Shown: positions 11,143 to 22,976 of the stretch, piece after piece | Layout: each line of letters begins with the position of its first letter | Position numbering within the stretch: the stretch's first letter is position 1 | Assembly: GCA_000004985.1 (NCBI GenBank) | Contig: GG738866.1 | From: Naegleria gruberi | Lineage: Eukaryota | Length of the DNA stretch: 64,000 bases | Reading direction: 5' to 3' (one strand) | The notes under the pieces: model-generated | The model's database searches: none | The model's input: only the letters and a program-made list of their open reading frames with translations | What the model was told of the DNA's origin: nothing | Made by a program: the position numbers and the translations under genes

Positions 11143-12561
11143 TTAATTTTGTGATGTCATGTATTTGTTATAAACAACTCTGGCAGCATGCATATCCAAT
11201 CTTCTTCTGAATAGAACAGTATCAGTCGATTTACACAACTCATAATCTTGAAAGGTGTTGGATTGTGGTCTATATGTTATAATGGCATGTTTAAATAATG
11301 ATTGAAAAACATTAGCAGGAATCTTTTCAACAAAATCAAGATAGGAAACAATATTATTTGGTGCGTTTAGCAACATTTCCCATGCACTGATAACATGTTG
11401 AGTTTCCCATAAAACTGGGCTAGAAATATTATTTCTAACTAGCTCAGAATAGAGCTCTGGTTTCAATACTGAAGTAAATTTGGTTACCACTGTACCAAAT
11501 TCAGAGTAGGAATCAAGCTCCATATTTGAGGCAGCAAATGCCTCAACAAATTTACTGAGATCGTGAATTCTTCCACCAAATCTCTCATAAACCTTTTCAA
11601 ACTCAGGTGCATTTTCTCTCTGTTCATCTGATATTACAATTCTATTCAGTAATGAATAGTAGGCAGATTCTGCCTCATCCTTTGGTAAATCTCCCAATCC
11701 TACAATTTGAATGGCCTCACGCAATGGCACATCACTCAACCAATCATAGAAAAACATAGGAGAGCATGTCATTACCACACGAATATTTCTCTTATCCCTT
11801 GTTAAATTAATAAGCCAAAATAAGAAGTATTCCAATGCTCTCATTCCAGTCTTATCCCTCGTCAGTGTACTAAATGCTTCCATATGATTAATGAAAAACA
11901 AGTGTGACTTATCATCAGGTAGTGAAACATGTTTAAATCTTCTCAGAGCTGTCTTGAATCTATTCAATGATTCAGCAGCTGCAGCTTCCTCACTTTGATT
12001 CTTATGATCATTTGAAGCTTCCTCCAAAACATCCAACTCTCCTCTAAATGTCTTACTCAATCCAGTTATAAAACTTGATATCAAATCCGAAAAATCAAAT
12101 CCCCTATCAATAAATCTACTTTCCAAACCATTTACATCATCGAATGGTGAATTTCTAACATCCAAATGAGTTACATCAAAAGGATAAGATTCCAAAACAC
12201 ATTTACTGGCCAATTTAGATCTTCCCGATTGTGGTATTCCAATCAATACAATCACTCTAGCAGCTGGTAATTTAATATAATTGGATAGTACTTGATATTC
12301 GAGTGGACGATCAAACCACACTGCATAATTACAAGGTTTCTGACTCTCATAATGATGCGTATTATTACATTTTGATTCACTTGGATTCATCAAATCACTC
12401 CTAGAATCCATTTCCGAGAGTAAAATTGCCTCCTTTCTCTTTGAATAAATAATTACTACAAAAGCTGCTGATCCTATTGCAGCTAGAGACCACGGATCAA
12501 CTAGATGCTCTGTAAATGTCTCACGGAAGAAATCATATGATTTTTTAACGAATGAAAACAT
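11143..12561 (-). CDS. Membrane-anchored P-loop NTPase (AAA-like or archaeal-ATPase-like) hypothetical protein
   Basis: 472-aa ORF. N-terminal TM 'LAAIGSAAFVVIIYS'. Walker-A-like 'VIVLIGIPQSGRSKLASKCV'. Walker-B-like hydrophobic run 'SHLFFINHMEAF'. No closer family assignment possible by eye. Confidence 0.45.
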   Translation of the reverse strand: MFSFVKKSYDFFRETFTEHLVDPWSLAAIGSAAFVVIIYSKRKEAILLSEMDSRSDLMNPSESKCNNTHHYESQKPCNYAVWFDRPLEYQVLSNYIKLPAARVIVLIGIPQSGRSKLASKCVLESYPFDVTHLDVRNSPFDDVNGLESRFIDRGFDFSDLISSFITGLSKTFRGELDVLEEASNDHKNQSEEAAAAESLNRFKTALRRFKHVSLPDDKSHLFFINHMEAFSTLTRDKTGMRALEYFLFWLINLTRDKRNIRVVMTCSPMFFYDWLSDVPLREAIQIVGLGDLPKDEAESAYYSLLNRIVISDEQRENAPEFEKVYERFGGRIHDLSKFVEAFAASNMELDSYSEFGTVVTKFTSVLKPELYSELVRNNISSPVLWETQHVISAWEMLLNAPNNIVSYLDFVEKIPANVFQSLFKHAIITYRPQSNTFQDYELCKSTDTVLFRRRLDMHAARVVYNKYMTSQN

Positions 12562-13112
12562 TTTTTTTAATTGAATTTTTTGGATTAATTTAAAATTGTA
12601 ATTGTTTTGAATTGAATGAATCTTAATAAGAGGAGTTTTAAATTATCAGAGGAGAAATAAGAAAATGTCCTCAATGAATCAATGATGAAGAGAGATGGTA
12701 TTAATAATATCACTTGCTCAAACTTGAATTGAATTTTTTACTGTAGTCGAAATACACAAGCATGCAACAATCCATGTACAAATAAGGTTTTCTTAGCGTA
12801 AAGTCTTGTCCAATTCTCCAAACACCACAATCTTGTCGCATATTATTTTCCGACAAGCAACAATCAAAGCGAAATTAATTACATCGCAAACCTTGCATTA
12901 TTAATAGAAGGCAGGATTAGAAAAAATCAACACACAACATCAATTACTTTTAATTTATTATTTTTAATTCTCCCCATCATTGTTATTATTTATTGATTGT
13001 TTGATTGTATCACTCTTTATCAATCATCATCATTATCAAATATATTTATTATTAATATAACTCTTATTTATTGAATTTTTCATATATATAACAACAACTT
13101 GTAAGCTTACAT

Positions 13113-15820
13113 ATGGCAGAAACAAAAAAGCAACAAGGATGGTTGAGTTATTGTCTCTCCTTCCTTGAAATTCCATTTAAAATTGTATTGAGTATTATTA
13201 TCAATACTTTGGATTATATTATTTTCAAGATTTCAGTCCTCTTGAAAGGAAAGAAAGCTTTGGTTCACGATTTACGTAAAGAATATGAAGATGATATTCT
13301 AGCTGCTCCATATTTCCCAAGTGCTGATGCCACCGAAATTGTATGTATTTTCTGGTCAATTAAGCTTACTGTTATACAACATAATATTATGTGATTGATA
13401 ATCAATTTATTATTCGGAAATGATGTTGTTATTACATTCTAATATTTGGATCGATATAGACAAATCGTGCTGAATACTTTGAAACTGAAGGTGTTAGTCC
13501 AATTTATCGTCACCTCATGTCTCATACTCGTAGTGGTGCTCTCGTTAAGAAGGAAAGTGTTTTAGATGAACTGCTCCCACCAAAGATTAGAGATAGATTG
13601 TTTGATGCCCAGGAAGCACAACGTAAAAAGGTCAAAAAGTTGCTCACTGATCGTGCCAAGAAAGACAAGGTTGAAAACATTCAACAATCTCGTTTTGAAG
13701 ATTTGAGCTATCCACAAGATGAACAAATTGCTGAAGCATCCCAAAGACAAGTTCCAGAAACTTTCTACAATTACTTTGAAAGTATTTTCAGAAAGTATGC
13801 CAAGAAGCCATGTGTTGGATACAGAACTTTGAAGAAGAATCATATTAAGGAAGTCATTGTTGATGATAAGAAAAAGACTTGGATTACTCCTGAATTCAAT
13901 GAGGAACCAGTTATTTTCACTTATGAACAGTTGGAACAAAAAGTTAATTATTTATCAAAGGCAATGCAAAAGTGTTTCAATTTGGAAAGCAGTGCTGGAG
14001 ATCAAGATTTCTTCACTTTCAATGATGAAAATGAAACTGACAAGACAAGAAACAGTCGTTTTGCAATTTATGATGATACTAGCTATGATTGGTTTGTCAC
14101 AGCTTTGGCTCTCTTCAAGCAAAATGTCACACTTGTCACCATTTATGCTAGTTTAGGTACTGATGCTTTGATTCAAGCTTTGAATGAATCAAAGGTATCT
14201 GGTGTCATGCTTAATTTTAGTTCATTGAAGGAAATTGTTCCAAGAATTGCTAAAGAATGTCCAAGAGTCAAGTATATTCTCTATAACAATAGAATGTGTG
14301 TAAATAATTCCGAAGAAGTTGAACAACGTGAAAAGCTCTTGAATGAACTCAATCAAAAGTATGGTAATGGTGTTGTCTTGACAACTATTGATGAACTTAT
14401 TGAAATGGGATCCCAAGAAAAGGGAGAATTCAAGATTAAGGGAACGCCACACGTCAGTACTGATATTCAAATTTTAATGTATACATCAGGATCTACTTCT
14501 GCTCCAAAAGCTGTCATGATTACTCACCACAATGTCTTGTCTGCCGTTGCATCCTTCAATTGCTGTATCGGTGTTGAAAGAGAAGAGGAATATATTCACA
14601 TTGCCTATTTGCCACTTGGTCACATTTTGGAAATTGTTGTCCATAGTATTATTCTCTTGAGAGGTGGTCAAATTTGTTATGGTAATGCTAGATTCCTAAG
14701 TGAAGGTACTGCTCTTCCTTCTGGTGATATTAAATTCTGGAGACCATCAGTTTTGGTTGGTGTCCCAAAGGTGTTTGATACTATCAAGAAGGGTGCTCAA
14801 CTCACTCTCCATTCTGTTGCTGAAAAGAGAGGTCCTTTCCTCGGTTGGCTTGTCAACACTCTCTTCAAGATGGCTTACAGTGCCAAGAAGAGAGCCCTTG
14901 CTGCTGGCAGAGATACTCCATTGTGGAATAAGATTATTTTCAAGAGATTTACTGATGGTGTTGGTGGCAGATTACAGTTAATGTTGTCTGGCGGTTCTGC
15001 TTTAATTCCTGAAACCCATGAATTTTTGAGAATTTGCATGAATAGTGTTTTCATTCAAGGATATGGTTTAACAGAAACTTGTGCCGGAACTTCTGTTGCT
15101 AATGCTTTCCAAACATTTTCCACTGGCCACACTGGTCCATTTGTACCATGTGTTGAAATTAGATTGTGTGACGTTCCTGAAATGGGTATGTTCCACAAGA
15201 ATCCAGGTGGCAATCCAAGAGGTGAATTGTGGGTAAGAGGTGAAAATATTACTCTTGGTTATTACAAGCAAAAGGATCTCACATTGGAAGCTTATGGTAA
15301 ATTGCCAAATGAAAGCTCTAATACCTTCTTCAAGACTGGAGATATTGTTGAAATTTTGCCAAATGGTTCCATCAAGATTATTGATCGTGTTAAGAATTTG
15401 ACCAAATTACAACATGGTGAATATGTTGCATTGAACAAGTTGGAAAGTATTTATGGAGATTCACCTTTCGTCCAACCAAATGGTATTCTCGTTTATGCTG
15501 ACAGTTATAGAGATTATCCTGTTGCTCTTGCCATGCCTCAAAATAAGTATTTGGAATCATTGGCTAAGGAAAAGGGAATTTCCTTTAACAAGGTTGAAGA
15601 ATTGTACACCAATCCACAAATCCTCAAAGCCATCTTGCAAAGTTTGGACAAGATTGCTACCAACTCTAAATTGGCATCTTATGAAAGAATTAAGGCCATC
15701 TATCTCTGTGAAACTGAATGGACTATTGAAAATAACATGCTTACAGCCACTCAAAAATTGAGAAGACATGCCATTACAGAACACTACAGAGATGCCATTG
15801 AAAAGATGTACAAACCTTAA
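13113..15820 (+). CDS. Long-chain fatty-acid--CoA ligase (acyl-CoA synthetase, AMP-binding superfamily); 2 exons
   Basis: ATG at 13113. Exon 1 encodes N-terminal TM anchor 'WLSYCLSFLEIPFKIVLSIIINTL'. Phase-0 intron 13341..13459 (GTATGT...ATATAG) joins to ORF 13517..15820 frame. AMP-binding motif 'YTSGSTSAPKAVMITHHNV', 'GYGLTETCAG', 'FKTGDIVEILPNGSIKIIDRVKNLTKLQHGEYVALNKLE'. Confidence 0.8.
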
Positions 15821-16239
15821 AATCTAGTTTAATGTAAATAAAATGATACTTTATTCACAATATTCTTTCTTTCAAATTTGGTAATAAGATTTAGCCGATG
15901 TTCCAATCACTATTGGAATAAACGAATTAAAATAATATTGAATATTTACAAAGTTTTCCCAAGTGATGTGGACAATTTTCAAGAAGTAAATGGTATTTTT
16001 CCAATTAATCCTATAATGATGATATTATTCACAGTGCATTCTTTAAATGATGATGACATTGTTGTGATATTTCCGAGAGATGATCAAGATTTCGGGAAAA
16101 CAACATTTGTGAAATCAAACAATTATAAATCCCTGGTCTACTAGTCTTTTTCAAAACTATTAATATAACCATCAGGGCTAAAATTTCCCGCTAAAATTAA
16201 CAATTTAAATTTCAAATAAAAAATAAATAGCTTTTGATA

Positions 16240-16863
16240 ATGAAACGGTCATTTTCAGATAGTAATTCTTCTCACAATGATGATGATGAGGAAGAAGATG
16301 CTTACAATGATGATGAATCATCTAACAAAACTTCTGAGCCAGTCCTAGAAAGCAATCGTAAGAAGAAGAGGCAAGAAAGCTCCTTTGTTTCCTCGCCTAC
16401 CTCCTCTTCAAGTGAAAGCACTGATGGTAATGTTGAACAACCAAGCATAGAAGTGAATCAACTCTTCCCTTATCCTGAAGATTGTCTTCCTGTCTGTAGA
16501 AGTGATAATCACAACAATATTATTATTGACAATGATAATGATGAATCTGATGTAGCTAGTGTGAATAATGATGAAGAATTGGCAGCCATCGCAACAGAAT
16601 TAATAGACACTGATCATTGTGTCCATTATAATATTATTAGTATTAATAATATTAATAACAATGTGGCTGATGTATTACCAGTACATGGCGCTCACTTGTT
16701 GCCTTGCTTCTACTCTGAGAGTATTCAATTGGTTGATAGCTTGTTTGATGATGATAGTGAAGTGAATACTGCCAGGCTTGAAGAAGACGAAGAAAAGAGC
16801 TTCTTCTTCCACTTGCCCATCATGAGCAAGATTCAGATTCATCAAATGATGAGGATACTTTGA
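16240..16863 (+). CDS. Small acidic Asp/Glu/Asn-rich hypothetical protein
   Basis: ATG at 16240 (track starts at TTG 16234). 'SHNDDDEEEDAYNDDESSNKTSEPV...'. Low complexity, no recognisable domain. Confidence 0.3.
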   Translation: MKRSFSDSNSSHNDDDEEEDAYNDDESSNKTSEPVLESNRKKKRQESSFVSSPTSSSSESTDGNVEQPSIEVNQLFPYPEDCLPVCRSDNHNNIIIDNDNDESDVASVNNDEELAAIATELIDTDHCVHYNIISINNINNNVADVLPVHGAHLLPCFYSESIQLVDSLFDDDSEVNTARLEEDEEKSFFFHLPIMSKIQIHQMMRIL

Positions 16864-16899
16864 TGAGTCATTCTAACAATATGGTTGAATATAGTGCCC

Positions 16900-17443
16900 C
16901 TACCAACAATGTAGTAATAGTGGATATTGCTGCTTGTGTGAGAGAAATTCAACAATATTTGAATTCCTTGATGCCATTGGGTCGTGTTGTAAATAGCGAA
17001 GAAAAGTATATTGACTCTCTACCAAGAGGTTACTAGGTATTAATGTGTTGCCATGGTTGCCAATAAAGTTGTTGTTTTTGCATTGACAATACCACCAATT
17101 TGTGTCTCTATGGAGTGTTGCAGCTAGTGCTGATGAAGGTTGAATGTGGAGTTTTTTGTTGGTTGTGAAAGGACAGACAACTTTTATCTTGGAAAGAGTG
17201 CGGTAAAACTGTTGTAAAGTGGTGATTGGTTCGCAGCAAAAATGCACAATCTTTGTCATTGAGAATTTGTCAGCAGAGCTAGAAGATTGGACTTGCAAAC
17301 AATCATTGGATTTACTTCTGGGTTTCTGTTGAAACAAAGTTGAATTTATTTGATAAATATCTAATATTCTTCGCCTTATTCAAAAATTCCTTCCAAGGTC
17401 TACAAAATGCATCTTGATCCCAACTCAATAGGCTATTGTTCAT
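16900..17443 (-). pseudogene. Frame-disrupted small hypothetical gene (ATG at 17443 in a different frame from downstream ORF 16900..17337)
   Basis: ATG-initiated 43-codon frame 'MNNSLLSWDQDAFCRPWKEFLNKAKNIRYLSNKFNFVSTETQK' ends in stop. It runs into ORF 16900..17337, whose printed M is TTG, in another frame. Only a 24-nt GTAAAT..AAG gap is available, too short for an intron here. Confidence 0.2.
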
Positions 17444-17967
17444 TGTGACAGAAGAACTTTGTGTACGGAGCACATTCAAATAAGAGACATAATTTTTGAG
17501 AAGGAGCAGACATCACCCTTAGTTTCCCTTAGAATTTTTGATTCGCACTCTGTATTTGAGAACCATTTGTTAGTAATATTTATGGAGCTAACACTCTGTA
17601 TCAGTACTATAAAGAGTATAACGACCAATATTTCAAAGCTTCAAATCATAGACATTGCCTATCAGATTTTGACTTTTTGTGAGTTGAGTACAAGAACCTT
17701 AATGGCACAATTCAAAATTTATTTGGAAATGTGCACTAGACTCGATTCGAAAATGGATAAATTGGATGTTCTGATACTATTATTCTATCTCGCTAAATTT
17801 GTTATTGAATCCATTGTTATTGTTATTGAGTTGACCTTATTGTTGTACATTTGTGTTTTTAAAAGTTAAACTGGTGATTTTCTTATATACATTAACGTTA
17901 GAATTATTTTGTATGGTACATTAAAAATACAATGACCTAGTAGCTGTTATGGTGGTATTTACAATCT

Positions 17968-18777
17968 CTATTTTTTCTTTAGGTTTTGCTCAATCTTGGC
18001 ATAGTAATCAGTGGTTTGAATCCAATCCATAAATGTTTCATTGACATGCTTTTTGGAAAAGTGTTGCGATGTATGTTCTTGGAATGCAAATGATGTTTGT
18101 CCTGGAGGTCTCCTTCTACTCGTATTAACAGCCAATGGAGGCATTGTTGAAAGGGAAAGGTTTAGTTTGGCTGATTTCTCAGAACATGAACCAACAGGTT
18201 TAAAGTTTTCTTTTGGATTTTTCCTTATTGCTCCCTGAGTTTGGTTTTGATTTGATTGTCCTGGTTTCAGTACTGCAGGAATAACATTCGGTGTATAACC
18301 TTGAGTTGTTGTCATTAAACTGCCAGTTGATTTACTCTTGGCTCTACTTCTTGTTCTTGCATAGTTTCGGGCAGTGGATGAAGTATTAGTAATGGTGGAG
18401 GATTGAGTTTGGAGTGGGAGAGTTCTAGTACTTTTCGAGGATTGCAAAGTGAGTGGACCATTCTTTGACTTGGATTCGTTAACAAGTGGTGGGAGAGCTG
18501 TAGAATCAGAGTTTGGACTTGAAGACTTTCTTCGGAAGGAAATTCTCCAAGATCTAGACTTTTTAACAAAGGACTCATTGTCACCAGATGAGTTATTATT
18601 TGAAGCATTCTCTAATTTTGTTCTTGTAGAGGCACTCAATTCTAATTGACTATTCGAAGAGTTATTGGTCTGTGTTGTAGTTGCCTGTAACCGAATAGCA
18701 GGATGTTTCTTGACGGTTAATGTATTGGGAGATGGTGCTGTAAAGAAGCATGAAAATAAATTAGCGAGTACTACCAT
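17968..18777 (-). CDS. Ser/Thr/Asn-rich low-complexity hypothetical protein with hydrophobic N-terminus
   Basis: ATG at 18777 verified. 'MVVLANLFSCFFTAPSP' may be a signal sequence. Long S/T-rich body. 269 aa. Confidence 0.4.
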   Translation of the reverse strand: MVVLANLFSCFFTAPSPNTLTVKKHPAIRLQATTTQTNNSSNSQLELSASTRTKLENASNNNSSGDNESFVKKSRSWRISFRRKSSSPNSDSTALPPLVNESKSKNGPLTLQSSKSTRTLPLQTQSSTITNTSSTARNYARTRSRAKSKSTGSLMTTTQGYTPNVIPAVLKPGQSNQNQTQGAIRKNPKENFKPVGSCSEKSAKLNLSLSTMPPLAVNTSRRRPPGQTSFAFQEHTSQHFSKKHVNETFMDWIQTTDYYAKIEQNLKKK

Positions 18778-20159
18778 GTTGTTGTTGTTGTTGTCTTGAT
18801 AGGTTTCTTCTGTTGATGATTGAAATTATTATTTGAAAAATTGAAAACTATTGTAAAGTTTCTTGTTGTGTTGTTTTTTTGATTGTATTCACGTATAATT
18901 TAAAATATCAGGTCAAACAATCAGCGGATTATACAATGAAATTGATAATATGAGAAATTGATGTCTATTGATGATGAACCTGCTTTGATGAGATGTTTTT
19001 AAATTAATGTCTTCAGAAGTTGTTAACTTGATGAGAGAATTGAGTATCCTCGTTATTACTGTAAAGAACAAGCACACGCAGCAAAGTAAACCAAATCTGA
19101 GAGAGAGATCTTTTGAATGTGCCGATAATATTGCTCAAATCTTAATATAGCAACAATGAAATGCACGACAAAGTTGAATGGCCAAACAATTATTGTAGTG
19201 CTCTACAGAGGTGTTGTTGTTGTTGTCTCTCTGTTGATGTTTTTGTTCCTACTTCTTCTTTGTTCAACAGCTAATGTTGTATTGATGAGAGACGAGTTTG
19301 TTTGCCGCTCTTTTTGTTGTTTTTTTTTCTCTTGATGAAAACTCGAATCGTGCTATTAACTGATTAAATGAAGAGTTTCAAAAGTTGGAGTTGTTGTAGA
19401 AATGTCAACACTGCAATACAAACTTGAAAAATAGTGATGAAGTTTGACAATACGGTATATTTGGAGGGAACTTTTATATTAAACGTCAAGAATTTAATAT
19501 TGTTGTTTTACCTTATGAGAACACTTTGAATATCGCGGGCTGATTATGTACTATTGAAGAATATGAGAGATGAGTATTTAATGTTGATGTCAAAACTCTT
19601 TGAAAGATTACTTTAATTTTGTATTTAATATTATGATTATTGACAGTTATTGTCAAAATGATGATGAATTGCACAGCAATTAATGATAATGTTAAAAGAT
19701 TAACACAATGATAGATTTAAAGGATCTTTTTTTAAAATTATTAATATCAAGTTGACAGGATGATTAAGATTGTGAAAAAACGTGTTGATTTTTCTGTTTA
19801 AATAACGTGCTGACAAGTGTTTGCGAAAAAGAAAGAACCTGTCAATTCTTACTAGTTCGGCAAAACACCTTTTATGTAAAATGATGTTTTTTTAAAGTGT
19901 TGAAAAGTGAAGTAAAATGTTCGGCTTGCTATTTTGTTGTTGTGTGTACTTTCTTGTCAAAAGACATTTCACAAGATGAACCATCTTGGCCATTCATTAT
20001 CTATTCGAAACTTTGTAAAATACAATGAATCACTACAGTTCTAACAAGTTCTGTATTGCTTCATACTCTTTTAATACAATCTACAGTTTCAAACTTTCCG
20101 CTACTCTATCTGAAACTCCTAGTTCTCTCTTCCCCTTCAAATGAACTTACTGAAAAAAA

Positions 20160-21077
20160 ATGAACAAATTGACAGCCTTCTTCAAACAGCACCAATCGAA
20201 AAGTAACCTCGCCGATGCCACTGATGATTTAGCCTCTGTAGAAATCAGAACAACACCTTCTGCGCAATCACCAACAATAAAAAATACAAAAAATGCGGCA
20301 AACGATAATCGGCATGCAACGACGGAAATTAAGGAAACAAATGATGATAGTAAATTAAATAATGATGATGATGATCACAATGATAAGGATGAGAATGGTC
20401 AGAAGAATGAGATGGTGGAGGAGGATTATTATTGCGGGATTTATATGAAGAAATTAAATATTGATTTGCCGATTGAGTTGGTTATTTTGATTGCTCAATT
20501 TATGGATTTGAAACAATTGTATAATTTTGCAAGGTGTAATAGTAGAACGTTTAAGGTTTTCTTTAATGTTGATAAGAGAGATATTGGAAAGGAGAAGAAT
20601 GAGATGAGAGATGAGAAGGATTTGGATTTTAATAGAGTTCAAGTGCTTGTTTGGAAATTGTTGGCAGTTTCGTATTTTCCAAGAGTGGATCATAACCTCA
20701 ATGTTAAAAATTGGATGCAATTTTTGAGGAAACGAATGAAACATATCAAGGGTAACGGGTACGACTTTAAATTGGATATTCCATCATTTGTAAATTCAAA
20801 TATGGATGAGGAAATTATTGAAAATTGTGAATGGGTCTATAAGTGTCCATTAAGTTATTTCAATTTGAGTGGTGATGAAATAGATGTCAAGTTTTGTAAT
20901 GTTTGTGAAAAGCATGTCTATTTGGTTGACTCTTTGGAATCATTTCGTGAGAGGGTTGGTCGTGGAAATTGTGTTGCATTTACCTCGAAATTGTATCTTT
21001 ATGACGAACCATTAATGGGTGAATGTGTGGCAGATATTGATTATGATACAATACCTTTTGATATTCAAGAGAATTAG
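20160..21077 (+). CDS. F-box-like domain protein with Cys-rich C-terminus
   Basis: ATG at 20160 verified. F-box-like 'LPIELVILIAQFMDLKQLYNFARCNSRTFKVFF'. C-terminal 'CPLSYFNLSGDEIDVKFCNVCEKHVYLV...GNCVAF'. Confidence 0.5.
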   Translation: MNKLTAFFKQHQSKSNLADATDDLASVEIRTTPSAQSPTIKNTKNAANDNRHATTEIKETNDDSKLNNDDDDHNDKDENGQKNEMVEEDYYCGIYMKKLNIDLPIELVILIAQFMDLKQLYNFARCNSRTFKVFFNVDKRDIGKEKNEMRDEKDLDFNRVQVLVWKLLAVSYFPRVDHNLNVKNWMQFLRKRMKHIKGNGYDFKLDIPSFVNSNMDEEIIENCEWVYKCPLSYFNLSGDEIDVKFCNVCEKHVYLVDSLESFRERVGRGNCVAFTSKLYLYDEPLMGECVADIDYDTIPFDIQEN

Positions 21078-21107
21078 AAATATTTTAATATTTATTACAA
21101 TTTAAAA

Positions 21108-22976
21108 ATGGTAGAACAGAAAAAGAGAAAGAATGAAGACTCAGATTTATTTGTGAAAGAAAAGAAGCAGAAAAATAACGAGCCTTCCTCCGATCATGTT
21201 GGAAATCTTTTCAGTTCATCTTCCAGTTTACTTCGTCCATTTATTTATGAATCCGATCAGTTTCGTTTCTTTGTATTTAAATATCCATCTCCTTGTACCA
21301 AATTAGAATATTCACATGTTTCCAGCAAGTCATTCTTCATCAAAGTTACAATACAAGATGCTATTCCTATTGAAAATATATTAGAAACATTTCCATCAAT
21401 TATTACTAAAGGATTGAAGGAAAATACGAAACCAGAAGAAACTTTGTTGCATTCCGAAGCCATTCCCAACGATGTTTCTGTAGAGAGTATCAAATATGGA
21501 ATGTATAGAATGAAAGGCGATCATCTTGACGATAGGGTTTACATTATCATATTTGAAAAGAGCCAACGAGAAACTAATCTTCCAACACTTGACCATGATT
21601 ATTCCAAATTTATAACAGAATTGACATCCTCATATGGGAAAGAAATATTTTCTGATGATTTACTTTTTGAAATTCTTTCTTATTTAGATCAGAATTCAAT
21701 TATTCTAAATTGTTCCTTAATCTCCAAACAATGGTTGAAAATAATTCAAAAATCCTGTAAATTTAAATTCAAAGTTACAAGTTGGCGTTCTACCAACTTG
21801 ATGGGAGGTATTTTTTCTCCATGTTTTTCACAATTGCGAGTAGATGTTTGCAAGAACAATTTTTGTGACCAAGTGGTAAAGTTGAACAATTTAACAAATA
21901 TCAAATTTAGGACCACTAGTGGTGTTATGGATGTGTTGGATATAATCAAAGAAATGAAGCAAGTAACTTGGCTTGATATGAAGGGAGTGTCTATATTTAA
22001 AGATAGTTTTCTTAAGAAAATTGGTGAGCTGAGTCAATTGAAAACACTCGACATAGCCAATGCTGCTGGTGATAGGAGCAGATTTAGTAAGGGCATAAAA
22101 TATCTGGGAAACTTGATGAATTTATCTGAGCTTTATATCAACTCAAATGAAATTGGTGACAATGGCGCTGAAGATATTAGTGGAATGAAACAATTAACTA
22201 AACTTGACGTTTCTTCAAATGATATTACTACTAAAGGAGCCAAGCACATTAGTAAATTGAACAAACTAGTATCCCTAAAAATGGAGGAAAATATGATCGA
22301 TGCACAAGGAATTAAATATATTACCGATCAATTGAATCAATTAACAGAACTTGATATTGGTTCAAACGATCTTGGTGTATTGGGGGCAAAAGCAGTCAGT
22401 GAATTGTCCCAATTAACGTCACTGAGTATTGAAAACAATAATCTGCTCAACGAAGGAGCTGCTTATATCAGTAGATTACTGAATTTGACTGATCTTTGCA
22501 TTAATTCTAATCAAATTGATAGTGAAGGAGCCAAAGATATTATCAAATTGAAACAATTAACAACACTATTTATATCTGGCAACTCTCTTCTAGATGAAGG
22601 AGCCAAGTTAATTAGTGAGCTAAATAACTTAACCGTACTTGATATTTCAGACAATGAATTAACTGATGAAGGGGTAGAGCCAATCAGTAAATTGAAGCAA
22701 TTGAAGACACTTGAAATTGACGAAAATCAAATTAGTGATGAAGGAATAGAGTCAATTTGTGGACTCAATCAATTAACTGAGCTTAACATTGATTATAATC
22801 TCATATCTGCAGAAGGATTAAGTTCTATAAGCGGGAATGAGATTGGAGATGAAGGTGCAGAGATTATTGGTGACTTGACAAATTTGAAAGAGCTTACAGT
22901 AGACCAGAACTCAAGATCCAAGTACCATGAAATCTTGAAAACAAAATTACCATTATTAACGATCAAGAAAATTTAA
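21108..22976 (+). CDS. F-box/LRR protein (RNI-like leucine-rich repeats)
   Basis: ATG at 21108. F-box 'LLFEILSYLDQNSIILNCSLISKQWLKIIQ'. At least 12 tandem 24-aa LRRs of the form 'LxxLxLxxNxIxDEGAKxIS'. Confidence 0.65.
   Translation: MVEQKKRKNEDSDLFVKEKKQKNNEPSSDHVGNLFSSSSSLLRPFIYESDQFRFFVFKYPSPCTKLEYSHVSSKSFFIKVTIQDAIPIENILETFPSIITKGLKENTKPEETLLHSEAIPNDVSVESIKYGMYRMKGDHLDDRVYIIIFEKSQRETNLPTLDHDYSKFITELTSSYGKEIFSDDLLFEILSYLDQNSIILNCSLISKQWLKIIQKSCKFKFKVTSWRSTNLMGGIFSPCFSQLRVDVCKNNFCDQVVKLNNLTNIKFRTTSGVMDVLDIIKEMKQVTWLDMKGVSIFKDSFLKKIGELSQLKTLDIANAAGDRSRFSKGIKYLGNLMNLSELYINSNEIGDNGAEDISGMKQLTKLDVSSNDITTKGAKHISKLNKLVSLKMEENMIDAQGIKYITDQLNQLTELDIGSNDLGVLGAKAVSELSQLTSLSIENNNLLNEGAAYISRLLNLTDLCINSNQIDSEGAKDIIKLKQLTTLFISGNSLLDEGAKLISELNNLTVLDISDNELTDEGVEPISKLKQLKTLEIDENQISDEGIESICGLNQLTELNIDYNLISAEGLSSISGNEIGDEGAEIIGDLTNLKELTVDQNSRSKYHEILKTKLPLLTIKKI

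Noticed and set aside
15878-16144. ORF 15878..16144(+) of 88 aa downstream of the acyl-CoA synthetase gene.
   Set aside because: Printed start is a non-ATG codon, no motif, and it lies in 3' intergenic space. Insufficient evidence.
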